Origin: Protoeuglena noctilucae
Lineage: Eukaryota
Length of the DNA: 64,000 bases
Assembly: GCA_958009085.1 (NCBI GenBank)
Contig: OY253672.1
Location: forward strand, 992,001 to 1,056,000
Direction of reading: 5' to 3'
The translations under genes and the position numbers were made by a program. Below, piece by piece: positions 1-13,100 of the stretch. Within the stretch, counting starts at the first letter, position 1. The number at the start of each line of letters is the position of its first letter. Under the pieces are notes generated by a model, which ran no database searches, had not been told where the DNA came from, and was given only the letters and a program-made list of their open reading frames with translations.

Positions 1-1178
1 GACCCCTCGGGCCTGACGGCAGTTCTCACGGCTGCCGCGACTCGAAAGGCCGACCTCGTCGTCCTCACCGGGCCTTTCCTCGACGCGGAGTCCCCCGCCG
101 TGCGGGAGGGGCGCCTGGGGGAGGCTTTGGAGGACGTATTCGCGCGACACGTGGCAGCGAAGGTCGGAAAGTTTCAGCGGGAGAACCCCACGTCCCGGGT
201 GAGGGTGCATGGGGCACACGGGGGACGGCGGCGGTGCTGCTCGTGGCGTCTGGCCGACCACGGTCGTGGCCTCCGTCGCAGGTGGTCTTGATTCCGAGTC
301 CACGCGACGCCCTGGCGGATCCGGAGATGCCACAGGCGCCCCTGGACGACCGCCTGCTTGAGGGACTTGACCCCGCAGGCGTGCTCTCAATGCCCAACCC
401 GTGTCTGCTGGCGTGGCTCCCGCCCAACGACGGGGACCGGTCCCTGGTCATCGGTGCCGTCACGGCGGATGTTGTCAAGCACCTCGGTGAGATCTGCCAC
501 GCCAAGCATGGGGCGACGCTCCTGCTGTCAGCCAGCCTGGGGTACGTGCGTTTACCCCTTGCCGCGTTGAGCTTAAGGCAGCGGTTGCGCAAGCGTCGTC
601 ACTGACAATCGACTGTTCCTGCGCCCAGCCATGGCCGAGGTCTCGAGGAACATGGGGGCGGACCGCGTGGGAAGGCTGTGCCAGCATTTGGTGGACCAGC
701 GGTGCTTCTACCCCGTCGCCCCGAGCCCCATGGATGCTGACGGGGTGCGTGCGGCGACCGGGGCTGCAGCGGGCCTCGCTGAGCAGGCGCAGTGCCACCC
801 TTCGGAAAGACTCGTGCACGCAACAGCTTAGGACCTTCCAATTGCATGCAGATTCCCTCTGCCTTGATCGAGTCCACGCTGTCCAAGGAGCTCATGATGT
901 CCGAGCTGCCCCACGTCCTCCTCATGCCCTCGACGCTGCCCCCGCACGCAAAGGCGCTGCAGTCTGGCGCGGGAAAGGTGCGGCGTGGTTGTGGGGTTCC
1001 GCAGTGACTGCCAACGCACGCCGACAAGCGTCCCCGGCAATGCTGTTAGACCCCGAATCTCACGCAGGTGTGGTGTGTGAATCCCGGAGTGGCAGCCAAG
1101 TTGCAGTGTGCAGTGGTGGACGTTCTCGAGGCGTCTGCCGGGCCCGAGCGTGTTCAGGTCGAGCTGCTGACTTTGTAG
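1..1178 (+). CDS. POLA2: DNA polymerase alpha subunit B (POLA2/Pol12), 3' part, multi-exon, 5'-truncated by window
   Basis: Spliced frame reads DLVVLTGPFLD..VVLIPSPRDA..PQAP..SMPNPC..ADVVKHL|AMAEVSR..DRVGRLCQHLVDQRCFYP..LPHVLLMPSTL..VCVNPG, the phosphoesterase-like domain of Pol alpha B. Stop TAG at 1176-1178. Confidence 0.88.
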
Positions 1179-1193
1179 GGATAAAGAGTGACC

Positions 1194-1198
1194 TGTAA
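1194..1198 (+). promoter_or_regulatory. TGTAA chlorophyte-type polyadenylation signal
   Basis: TGTAA ~15 nt after the POLA2 stop. The same pentamer follows the giant gene (27817-27821) and RBR (36526-36530). Confidence 0.55.
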
Positions 1199-1371
1199 CC
1201 TCGTTCAATGGCGCAAGCGTGGTCCCCGCAAGCCGCATGGGTTCGGACATGGGTAGGAAAGAACGGGCATGCGCAGTGGTGCCTAGTGACGCATGCTATA
1301 GCCTGCCAGCCGCTGGGGCCTGGATTAGAAGGACGTCAAACTGCCGCCCTCTGCTTTACTTAAAAGCAATG

Positions 1372-3555
1372 TCAAATCACATTGGGGTCCTTGAGGATGC
1401 CGCCCACCACGCCGGCCACGCTGATGAGCCCCAGCACGACCTCCACGACAATGAGCCAGATGATGATCCACTCGAGGCGGCTGTTGTGCATAAAGTGCTC
1501 CTGGTCCCGAACCATGCCTGCGACGAGGGCAAGGGGCGGCATGGGTCAGAGGCGGGCGCCGTCGTGGGCGTCGTGCACCCACGCACCGGCCACACGAACG
1601 CACGTCATGCAGCTGTATCCTCACCAAACATGTCCGACAGCACCCCGCACCGCGTGTTGAGCACCTCCACCCGCGTGTCCAGCTCCAAGTAGTCACAGCA
1701 CCTCCTGCGAACGCCGAACAGTGCGGGTGGCTCGGTCACGCTGCGCCCCAAGCAACAGCGCACCCACGGCGCCCGTCTGTCCGCAGCCGATATCTCCATC
1801 CGCGCCTTGGCTCCCCGCGCCATGGCAAGCACATGTCGCTCACCGGTAGAGGCTCTGGAGCGTGTCGGGGGCTGACCAGAAGAACTCAGGGGTGTCGAGC
1901 ACAGTCGAGAGCAGGTTGACGGCTGACCGGTGGATGAACACCTCCCCGATGAGCTTGTTGATGTCCTTGCGGCCCAACAACACACGGCCTGTGGGCAGCG
2001 AAGATCCAGCATCAAGCCCTCTTGCCCCAGCGGCCCTGTTGACACGCCAGGGCTTGCACAGCCAGCCAGTTCCAGTAACTGGGCATCACAATGGCACGCG
2101 ACTCTGCCCCCGCCCACACGGCGCCATCGCGCAAGAGTAGCGGAGCCTCGCCTGTCGCAGCGAGCTCCTCTGGCAAATGCTTCGTCTCTGCCGCCAGAAG
2201 GGACACGCGCTCCTCGTACACGCAAAGCTTGGTGGACTGCGGGCCGAGACGTGAAGCACGCGGGGTCGCGCGTTGCGCCACGCGGGGCACGTGCGGATGC
2301 GAGCGTGGGCCGCGCGTACCTGGGCGAGGGCGTGGGCGATGGACAGCTTGACCTTCGGGTCCCCCGCCATCGTGAGAGACAGCGTCACCACGTCGTTCTT
2401 CATGTTAGGCCGCTCCGTCCCGCTGTAATGGTACTCAAACTGCGGGCGGACATGACGGTCACAGATCTCGCAACACGCCGCGCCAGCCAGGGCATCAGGC
2501 AGGCGCTGGGGACCGCAAGCGCACGACCCATCCACCGCCTCGCCTCTCGCGCGGCTCACCTCGTCGATCTCCACCTCCTCGTCATCCAAAGGGTCGCTCA
2601 TGACCGCCTCCACCACCTTGTGCATGACGAGCTGCTCCGTGTGCTTGCTCGTGAAGCCCCAGAACACCACGACGCCGTAGTCGAAGTAGAACACGTCGCC
2701 TAGATACTCCCCGGGAGCCTGCAAAGATCAACACAGGCCTGTCGACACCCACCCAAAGGGGTAAGGACCCTCCAGGGTCGCTGGCAGGTACCACGAGTCG
2801 CTCGGCGTCACCTCGGCGAAAATGTGATGCAGGACCTCCGGGTAGTGCTTGAACACGCCGTACTGGTACACCTTCTTGGCGTGGGAATGCAAGTCCTTCA
2901 TGTCAATGGCGTCCGCCACACAGTACACGGTAATGCGGCCCCGGGACCCCGCCACGTCCACGTCGGCAATGACCTCTCCATCACGACCACGCTCCGCGCT
3001 CTGCGAGCGCGGCAGACTTTCGCCCGCGGGTCCTAGCCTGAGAGGGCACGCGGCGCAGCCCGCAGCACCTGCGCCACGCGCTCCCCCGCCGCGTTCTGAG
3101 CGCGCGCGGCACACCTGAGGCCGCAGCAGGTCCTGCATGTCGTCGTCGGCGAGCTCGACCATCCGGTCCTTGTCGCGCCTGCCCACGCTGAGGGCAGGCC
3201 GCGGCATACTGGCTTTCGGCTTCCCCTGCGGCGCCTGGCGGGCCATGCCGGGCTTGCCGGACGACGGCTGCCTCGTATTGGGCTTGGGTGCCGCCGTGAA
3301 GGTCCCCGGCAGCGTCCGCCGCGGCGCCGGACGGCGCTCGCGGTTCATAGGCGTGGATGCAGACCGCGGGGAAGGCCCGAACAGCCCCGTCGCGGGCTCC
3401 GCCTCCGTCGGACCCATCCGCGTCCCTGGACTGCGACGGCATCGAAGCAGGCGGACGCGTTCGAGAGCCCGGTGGACCTCCCGGCCCAGGGAACCCTTTT
3501 CCGGTGGCAGTCTCTCGAGCGGCGGGACGCCCGAAGGTCCGGGCTCTTCAGGCAC
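1372..3555 (-). CDS. RMD1/Sif2 family (DUF155) protein, multi-exon; start uncertain
   Basis: GRITVYCVADAIDM..GDVFYFDYGVVVFWGF..KLSIAHALAQSTKLCVYEE..VNLLSTVLDTPEFFW..YLELDTRVEVLNTR..LEWIIIWLIVVEV with C-terminal TM. Confidence 0.88.
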
Positions 3556-3967
3556 TCCGAGATGTCATCACGGTCGTCCAGCCGATCCCAATGCGCGCTT
3601 CGACGCACCTCTCGGGCAGCCCGGGCAGCCTGCCATAGTTGAACCCCGACCCGTCCTCCGCCTGTCTCGACTTGGCCGTTTTCGATAACATTGGACCCCA
3701 CAGATCAGCACGATCCAAATGTCACCAATGCGGGGGATTTCCCAGTGATCCGCGGGGCTCCCCGGCTTGCCAGTCTGACCATGTCTGACGGGCACACCCG
3801 ACAACCCAGCGGCCCAGCCTCCCCGGCCAGCCCCACGCCATCCTGGGCCCACCGGCGAGCCTAAGTCGACTTCAACTCGCGCTCAAAGGACTGCATGCAG
3901 GGGCGCGCGCTGCACCCGAACAGGGCAGGAAGCAAAGGTACGAAGTGCAAGAGTGCAACCACGGGTA

Positions 3968-4890
3968 CTAGCTCAGCTTGTGAATACCCAGGGCCATCTC
4001 CGTCCCCCCCGGCTGCTCCACGAAGACGGCCTTGACTGGCGAGCCCTTGCTCGGGTTGTCGCCCACCGGCCCCTCCCCGCCCGTCGCCGTGAGGACCCCA
4101 CACACTGCGCACTGCACCCTCGCAGCCCCCGCCGCGTGCATGAGCATCACGCCGCAGCCGCAGCACGCCGTGTACGTGAACCGCGGGCCGTCCTGCCGCG
4201 TCCCCGTGATGGTCCCACAGGACGCACACCGGACGCGCTGGGCCCCAGCTGGACACATGAGCAGCTGCTGGCAGCCGATACACTGCGGGAAACGGCGAGG
4301 AGCGCGTGAGGAGACGGAGACTGTGTCAGCCAGCGCGTGGTCCCACCCACATCCCTGGGCCTGGTGGGACATCAGCCCTAGCGCGCCGCGCACCTGAACA
4401 TGTTGCATCACTGGCGTGGGTGCTTGATTCAAAACTTGGCAACCCCCGCACTGGATGTACCGTGCTCCCCGAGGGTAGGCCAGAAGGCACCCGCACTGTC
4501 CACAGATGATCTGCGGGGGCCGACGGACGCAGCCGGTGACGCGGTGCCGTTCCATGTCATCTAAGCGCCACGAGCGCGGTGCAGGAGCGCGGTGCCAACC
4601 GCGTGGCATTGTAACGACTGCAAGAGCTCCTCACCCGGCTCTGCTGCCCCTGCCCTTGCGCCTCCATGTGCGCCTGCCCTGGCCCCTGTACCTGCCCCTG
4701 ACCCCCGTTGACCAGCGGCCGACTCGTCGCGGTCGACAGGCTCGGCGAATGCTCCCTGTACCGTGCTCCCACGTCGGACAGGGTCTGCGTGCGCAGGGCA
4801 GTTACGTCCACCTCGCCCGGCCGCGGCAAAGGGCGAGCCATCCGCGCGCTTTCGTCCCTCAGAAACCGAGGCGCACCTGCTGCGCGGACC
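3968..4890 (-). CDS. LSD1-type zinc-finger protein (3 CxxC..L..P/A.GA....CxxC fingers); 5' end uncertain
   Basis: ICGQCGCLLAYPRGARYIQCGGC, CIGCQQLLMCPAGAQRVRCASC, CCGCGVMLMHAAGAARVQCAVC, and C-terminal VFVEQPG..MALGI as in plant LSD1/LOL. Confidence 0.85.
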
Positions 4891-5509
4891 GCGGAGGCGT
4901 CCGACGGCCCAGGGCCACCGGTGTCCGGGAGCCCGGCACGTCCGCCACGTTCCTGACCGTCCCTCCGTACAAGCGGGACCCTCCGAACCCAGACTGCGAG
5001 GGAACGGATGCGCGGGGACGGTCGGGTCCACGAATAGTGCGACTTCCGGCGAAGTATAGGCCCACGCCATGGTGGCGCCCGGAGTACGGCCCCCCCGCTC
5101 AAAGACCCGGCTCGAATCCCGGAATTGTGGCACCCGCTCGCAGGCCAAAACCCGAAGAACGCGTGGATGTCGGGAACGCGCCGGCGCAGTCCCCCGGGCG
5201 GTCGGCACGCGGCCGTACCCCAGGACGAGGTGACACCCGCGACTTGCGGGACGCTTGTCCCGCCGGGAGGACAACACCCCCAACATGACGGCAAAAAACA
5301 GCAGTCGCTCACCGCGTCGCCCCCCTCCTGGCCCGGCAGCATTCGTTCGGACCCGACCCCGAGTCGAGCCTCCCACTACCCGGCGACCCACACCCCCAGA
5401 CGCCCCCTTTGCAATAAAACAAGCAGACCACGATGCAAAGGCGAGCTGAAACGCGACCTCGGTTGTTGAACGATTTGACAGGAAGCGGGCGCGTGAGGGA
5501 CAGAGCAGA

Positions 5510-7427
5510 ATGGCAAGTAAGGCGAAGATGTGCACCCCGCGCTGCCCAAGGACGCGGCGCCGGTCCCGCGGTCCGCCTGCGTCTGGCGTCAGATTCGAGT
5601 CGGACTTGTCAAGAAAGCCGGGAACCCCTCGCCCAGCAGTGCGGGGATGCGCGTCAAGGCCGAACGTAGCCTGGCCATCGCCGGGGGCTGGAGCCTCGGC
5701 CGCCCTGCTCTCGCCCGAGCTGCGCAACGACAGCCCCCGGCGCGGGGCGTCGCGGGCTCTGTGCATCGCAACGATGGACTAGAGCTTGAGTGCCAGGGGC
5801 TTGCCGCGGGCGGGGATGGCGTGTGCAGGCAGCCCAAGGGCGGCCCGGTCGTGTTCGTGCCGCGCGCCGTCCCGGGCGAGCGCCTGCTGGCACACGTCCA
5901 TGCCGAGCAGCGGGGCTTCGCGAGGGCCACCAAGCTGCGCACGACGGTGGCGTCCCCTCACGCCACGGAGCCCCCATGCCCGCTCTTCGGGACATGCGGG
6001 GGATGCGCGTGGCAGAACGTGGCCTATGCTGAGCAGCTCGCCCAGAAGGAGAAGATCGTGAGGGACGCCATGGCGCGTATCGGAGGCTTTCGAGGTGCCC
6101 TGCGACGCTGTTTTGCTGCCAACGCTGTTCACTATCGAAGGGGAATGCCCAGCGACGACCTGCGATGATGGTCTGCACTGACGGCGCTCGCAGACTCGCT
6201 GCCCGTGCGGCGCATCTGGGGGTCCGACAAGCAGCTCGGTTACCGCGGCAAGCTGACGCTGGCTGCCGCCGCGGGCGCACCCCTGGCCCTGGGCCTGCGT
6301 GAGGCCGGGTCCCATGACCTGGTGGTCCCCATCGACCGGTGCCTGCTCCAGTCAGAGGCGGCGAACGAAGTCCTGCGGGCGTGCCAGCAGGCGCTCGGGG
6401 CCGCGGGCCTGCAGCCCTACGACCCTGCCGGGGACGAGGGCGACGTGAGGGCGGTCGTGGTGCGCGGTGCGGCAGACGCCTCGGGGCTCGAGCGTTTCTT
6501 GGTGGACGTGTGGGTGCGCAGGCCGCGCCGCGACGCCGTGGCGGACGCGGGACGACGGATGCTGGCGGAGCTGGGTGGCGAGCGCCTGGCTGGGGTCGTC
6601 ATGCCGACTGTCCGTGGGCGCCACGCCAGCAGCAAGCCGTCCGCCCCGCCCGACGTGGTCCTCGGGGATGGGACCCTCGCCGTGGGGCTCAGCGGTCTCG
6701 CCTTCGACGTCTCGGCGCGCTCCTTCTTCCAGGTCAACCCCCAGCAGGCCGAGCGGCTCTGCCAGGCAGTGAAGGACGCCGCTGCGCTGACCGGGGACGA
6801 GGTGGTGCTGGACCTGGTGAGGCACGGGCCCAGGTGGCGCCGCGCCGGGTGGGGTGATTACGCGCGCGTTTGCTCCGAGCGCCTGCTTACGCTGAGGTGA
6901 CCGCAGTACTGTGGCACGGGTGCCCTCGGGCTGTCGCTGGCCTCCAACGCGGCGCGCATCATCGGGGTGGAGGTGGAGGAGGCGGCGGTGGACGACGCCC
7001 GGCGCAACGCGGCTCGCAACGGGATCCGGAACGCTGAGTTCCTCTCGGGGGACCTCGAGCGCATCGCTGGGACCCTCGGTCAGCGGCTGCCAAGGCCGGA
7101 CGTGGTGGTGGTCGACCCGGCGCGAGCAGGGCTGTCGTCAGGCGTGAGAGACTTCCTGGCCGCTTCGGGAGCCCGCCGCGTGGTATACGTCAGGTGCGAC
7201 TGGTGCACAAGGGTCTTCAGGGCAGTTGCGGCCGCAGTACGGGGCGAGCGGTGTGTCCGGGTGCCCCTCGCAGTTGCAACGCGGCAACGCAAGCGAGAGA
7301 CCTGCGCGACCTGTGCCGGGGGGAGCAGGGGCGGCCGTACCGTCTCGCATGGCTGCAACCACTGGACATGTTCCCACAGACACCCCACGTGGAGGTGGTG
7401 GCTGCTCTCGAGAGGACATCGAGTTAG
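5510..7427 (+). CDS. RNA (uracil-5)-methyltransferase, RumA/TrmA family with TRAM domain and Fe-S motif; probably organellar; start uncertain
   Basis: [73 protein letters not shown]. Confidence 0.92.
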
Positions 7428-7475
7428 GATTAGCGGTGCGCATGCATGATTCTAGAGCAAGTGACCTAGACGCTT

Positions 7476-9713
7476 CTACAACTCCGTGCGCTCGCTGGCA
7501 AGGGGCGGTGGGGCCGAGCGCGTCGACTGGGCGCCGAAACCGTCCCCGGCGGCGGGAGAGGTGGCAAGAGGGGCGGTCAGCAGATGGTAGATGCGCCATG
7601 CAAAGAAGACAACCAGGAACGCGTATGCAAGACGCGTGAAGTAGGTGACGCCATGCCGGAAGTCTCCGAGCATAAAGAGCCAGGGGAAGGCATCGTGCTG
7701 ACCCGTTCTCTGCGAGAGGGTTGGAAGGGGGCATGGAAGGGTGGGGCTGGGGGCGAGACGAGCGGCTGGCGGAACAGCTGGAATGGTTTTTGTCAACGCA
7801 CCTTGGATGGCACTCGCCGAATGCGACGGTGCGGCGAGTGGTCCCCTCCCGGGCGCTCCTCCCCAACCGCCCCCGCCTGCTTGGCGTGCCGCTCCACTGC
7901 GGAGAGACACCGTGCCACAATGTTTAGATGTCTTGATGAAATGGCCAGCCAACGGCGCACAGGGTGGGTGGGGAGAACGTGCTGTGCGCCGCACCTCGCG
8001 AGAGGACGTCTAGCTCTGCCAGCACCATCGGGTCGCTGAGGTCCAGGTCCAGCGACCGCGCCACTTGCAGGACGTCGGGGTCTGCGGGTACCGAGAGAGT
8101 GAGCAGCGCGTCATCGGCAGCGGGCCATCCCCCACCCTACGCATGACGGCACAACTGCGCACCGATGTCGCTGATGGAAAGGCCGCCAATGGTACGGGGA
8201 AGCTGCGAGAGGAGGACCCGTTGAGCCCGCAACCTCCGCTGGCCATCGTCCGCATCGCTTTCGACTGTGCGGAGCGTCCCCAAGTCATTGCGGGGAGTCT
8301 TCGGCACCCCTGTCCCCTCGCCGTCGTGGGCCGCTGAGCCCCGGCTCTCCGTCCACGACGCGCGCTGACGAAGCGCGCTCCCCTCGAGTCGGGGCCGCCC
8401 GCCATCGCCTCCGGGCGATGACTGGCCAGCGCGGAAGTCACCCTCGCCAGGGCCGGACCCGGCACTGTCCTGGCTCGGTGCCACCTGCAGGGCACAAGCG
8501 CGCCAGTCATAGCTGTCAGGGCCTGCCATGCGTGCACAAAAGCGCGGACGGCAACGGCGTGTAGCTCACCCATGGAACGCTGCTGGTCGCGCCAGGGCTG
8601 AAGGGCGCTTCGGAACCCAGCACCCCGGCGATGGTGGCGTCGCTGGGACCCGCCCTGTCCACAGCGTCGCCCGCGCCCCGCGATGCCGGCCCGTGGTCCC
8701 CGTGGAGTCCCAGCATCCTCTTGGCCATCTGCGGCAAGAGGGAGAGCCCCATACTCGACCCCGGGTGCGCTTGGAGCCCGGCCAGCAGCACTCGGCTCTC
8801 CATGAGCAACTCCGCCCGGCACCTGGCGCTCCGTCGTCCTGGCGCTCGCCAGCTCGCTTTCGGCTCCTTGCAGCAAGGCGCAGACCTCATCCAAATCGAC
8901 CCTGCCCACCGCCCCCCCGCCCCTGTCGCCCGCAGCCTGCACGCGTCGCAGGTCAGCCACCGCGACCTCGAGTCCCCGCGCGGTGCCCTGAAGCAAGTGG
9001 CCCTTGGCGCGGAGGACGCGGGCCTCGTGCTCCCGGCCCCCGAGGCGCAGCGCGGTGCTCGCTGCGTAAACCACGGCGTCAGCCGAGCCCGTCGCCAGGA
9101 GGCAGCGCCCGGCGCCCAGCATGGCCGCCGCGACCAGGTGCTCCGCCGCCTCGCGCTCGGGGGTCTCGAGGAGGAGGATGGCGCTGCGCAGGGGCATGTC
9201 CTCGGAGTCCTTGCGCCGCTCGAACCACAAAAACACGCCGATGGCGGCCGTGTAACGCGAAAGCGCGCGGTCGAGCTCCCCTGCGCACGCAAATGCGTCC
9301 CGTAGTCCCCTTGAAATCGCGCAGGACCATGGACACGCATCGGCCCAGCTCCTCGCCTGCGTCTTCCAGCGTCCCCGCCTCCTCCAGCACCGACTTGGCG
9401 TAGCCCAGACGCTGAGGGAACGCCAGGAGACGGGAAACCTTCACCTCGTGGTTCTCCACGACGGTCATCCGCAGAAACTCCGGCGCGCCGTTCTGCAGGG
9501 GCGACGGGTGCGGGCAGCCCTGCCAGCAGCTCGCGTCTGCGCGCTAATGGCCTCGCCCCGTGGGCCTGAGTACCGGCAACATGCCATTCCACGCGCCACC
9601 AGCGCGCTGCCCACCCAGGCCTTCCGCCCCGGCGCGTGCGCCATCGCCCGGGCCTTAACCGCCATCGCCCGGGCGACGAGCTGGTCGATATCCATGAGCT
9701 CCCCCTCCTCCAT
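7476..9713 (-). CDS. Hypothetical multi-exon protein with helical/TPR-like region, near-C-terminal TM and terminal RTEL
   Basis: Exons joined by GT-AG introns. TPR-like AASTALRLGGREHEARVLRAKGHL; TM LAYAFLVVFFAWRIYHLL; ends SERTEL*. Confidence 0.55.
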
Positions 9714-10162
9714 GGCCTACCGAGTGTCCCGACGGGGATGGAGCGCCGACCAGGGCGCAGCAGCGTGGAAAGGCGCGCAGGTTGACTCGCCAGTGTGCGA
9801 TACTGACAGCGCGGCCTCTGCGCGCCGCAACGACTCCTGCGCGGCGACGACATCCGCGGCCGTATTCCACGCTTTCATAGGGAGATCGAGCGCCTGTGCT
9901 TTTACGTTAGACCTAGGGTGCGCGTCGTTGTGACTCCCGGCCTTGCCGCAAATGGCCTCGCTAGTGACTAGCTTGCTCCCACCAAACTAATCTCTAGGTC
10001 GCGCGGACCTCGCATCCCCGGCCTTGACGCCACTTGGCGAGCGCCCCTCGCGCAAGCCTGGGCCGTCCCGGCCGTAGCGGCGCCTCCTGCGTGCCTCATT
10101 TGCTGCAATAGCGCGACAGAGGAGGTTCTTGGGCCTTGGGAGGTGGAGGAGGGGCCGGAGCC

Positions 10163-13100
10163 ATGGGGACGTTCCGCGTGGCCCGATGGGCGCTGGCCGT
10201 GTCCGCGGCGTTGTTCGCGGTCGCTGCCGGTGTTCATGCCGCGCCGACCGTCACCCCCTCGACGTGCACCATCACGTACCAGGAGACGAGCACCACCTCG
10301 GCGACCACCGTGGCGCTCGGGAGCGGGACTTGCGGGTCCATGAACATCGTTCCCGACGCAAATTACTACGTGACGCAAATCACGGTCGCCATCACGACCA
10401 GCGCGCAGTCCTACGACACCCTGAGCGTGGACCTCACTCAATGTGAGTGACGCTGCGGCGCTGGGGGGCGCGCAGAGCTCTCAGACTTGCGCAAACGCGA
10501 TCTCTTGGCGCCGACTGTGTGCGCGGCGATGCCTGGCTGGGCCCCGCCGCTGTGCGCGCTGCTGCACAACCGCGCCATGCATGTGGAGGCCTCGAGGCGC
10601 CCCGCGCGCCCTCCGGCGGCCCGCGAACTAACTCGGCGTTCCCGTCTGTTCCTCACGCAGACACGGGCTTGGCGAGCACGTATAGTTCAAACACCCTGAC
10701 GATAAAGAACTCGAGCAACACTGCTTCGGCGACGTATCCCCTGGCCCTCAACTCGTCCACGCCCACCAACATCCTCAACGCCGTGGCGTTTGGCGATCCT
10801 GCCAGCAACTACAACCCGAGCCCGCTGAACCGGACCCTCACCGTCACCGTCACGACGTGCAGCATCGCGACCGCCACGGCAGGGGCCGCGTGCGACAATG
10901 GCGCGAGCCCCACCCTGGCGACGTCGACAGCCTCCACCGTCACGGTGAAGGTGACCGGCCGTCCAACATAACTCAGCGCCTCTGCCGAAGATGACCTCCC
11001 CCGGCAGCCCCACAAGCGCGTCTTGTCGCCCTGTGCGCAGATGTCGTTGTACAACAGCCCTCCCAACATCAGCCTCGACTGCCATGGGGGGAACGACACG
11101 GGAACCGGAGGCGACGATCCCGCTCGGTGCGGGGCGCCGACAAAGTACATGGAGAGCCCCAACACGGGCAACCTGGCCCTCTTCCCGTCGACGGTGCGTG
11201 CACCTGCAGACCTGCAGTGCTGAGGGAGATGCTCTGCCGTCCTAGCCTGGCATGTCCTAACTTTCTGCGACCTACCTGGCTCTCGTGCAGGCGAACAAGC
11301 CCACGGTGGATGACTACCGGACAGGCAACAGCTTCACGACGACGACGGACGAGAACATGCTCATCGTGGCGGCCGAGATCTACGTGACCGTGGGGTCGGT
11401 CACGGATCCCACGGCGAGCACCGGGGTGGTGGGCGATGCGGGGGACATCCTCTCCCTGAGCAGCACCGGCACGAGCGACGCGACGGGGGCGGGCATCGCG
11501 GTTGCCACGTATGTCACCCCGACGGCCACGACGGCCGGGAAGCTGGCGCTGTCGGGCAACGTCAACACCGCCACGGCGCAGAGCTCGGCGCTCAACTACG
11601 CCGCGGTGCTGTTTGAGGTCATCTACAGCAACAGCTCGTCCAACGCGAGTGACCAGTACCGCATCATATGGTTCCGGGTGAAGGACGCCGGCAACGTGGA
11701 CGCGAGCGGCAACCTCGTGGGTGACGGGAAGTGGAGCGACTTTGCCAAGTTCTACGTTGGCTTCCAGCGGTACAACACGGCCCCCATCTACGCCACCGTG
11801 CCCACGGCGGTGACGTTCACGGAGAACAACGCGAATCCGTACGGGGTGCACAACGGCCAGGCCCTTCTGTTCACCAGCACGAGCCAGGCGAGGACTGCGG
11901 GGCTGGGGAGGCATGACGCAGTCGCCCTTACCATGGTTTACCATGGCGCGTGGGGTGACCTGTGCCCATCCCCTCCCCTTTCCCCTTCCGCAGAGCTTGG
12001 CGCTGTCGGACACGGATTCGACCTACATGCTGAGCTCCACCGTCACCATCTCGGCGAACTACGACTCGACACAGGACTCGCTCGCGCTCTGCGACGCCTC
12101 CACGGGCTGCTCCGCCCTCCCCACGAGCATCACCTCGACGTGGGACGCGACGCACGGCACGCTCACCATCTCGCGCGCCACCGGGGCCTGCAACGTCAAC
12201 ACCGACACCACCTGCATCACTGTGGTGAGTCGCGGGTGCCCTGCGCCTGCGAGCCATGCCTTGCGGTTGCTATGCCATGCGAAGTGCCTGCTCAGCTGCT
12301 CGCAAACGCTCCCGGCGCGTCGTCTCCTCGCAGGCCGACATGCAGGCCGCGCTGCGTGCCGTGGTGTACCGCAACCAGCCGACAGGGCTGGACAACCCGT
12401 CTGGGAGCCCCCGCACGGTCACGGTGACGACGACCGACTTTGACCCCAACACGCTGGCAAACATGGTGGTGCCGACCAACTCGGGGACCAGCACGGTCAC
12501 GAACGGGACGGGGACGGCTAGCAACCCCAAGACGACCACTGCGTCCTCCGTGACGGTCACGGTGGTGGCGGTGGACGACCCGCCCGTGCCCACCTTCCCC
12601 AAGCTCGACGTGGTTTTCGTGGGCAAGTACACGGACGTGGTCCCGGCGGCCGACGCCGGCACCTTCACCGTGACGGACCCCGACAACACGACGCTGGCCC
12701 AGGCGTCCATCCAGATCGACACGAGCACGTGCGACACCACCACGGCGTCCGTCGCCCAGGTGGACACGCTGACGCTCTCCGGCACGTGGGCGGCCGGCGA
12801 CGTGGTGGGCGTGACGGTGAACGGCACCAACGTGCCCTACACGGTCGTCAGCAACGACCTCACCGCCAACGGCGACGGCACGGGCGGGACGGCCACGGCG
12901 ACCCAGGCGGCCACCAACATCGCCGCCAAGGTCAAGGCGGCCGTGGCGGCCAACACGAGCATCGCCAACGCCGTGACGGTGGGCAACAGCGCCGCAACCG
13001 TGACCTTCACGGCCAAGACGGCCGGCACGCCCTTCACGTCGGCCGTGTCGGCATACGACGCTAAGACGCCGCTCGTGAGCGTGTCGACCACGACGGCCAA

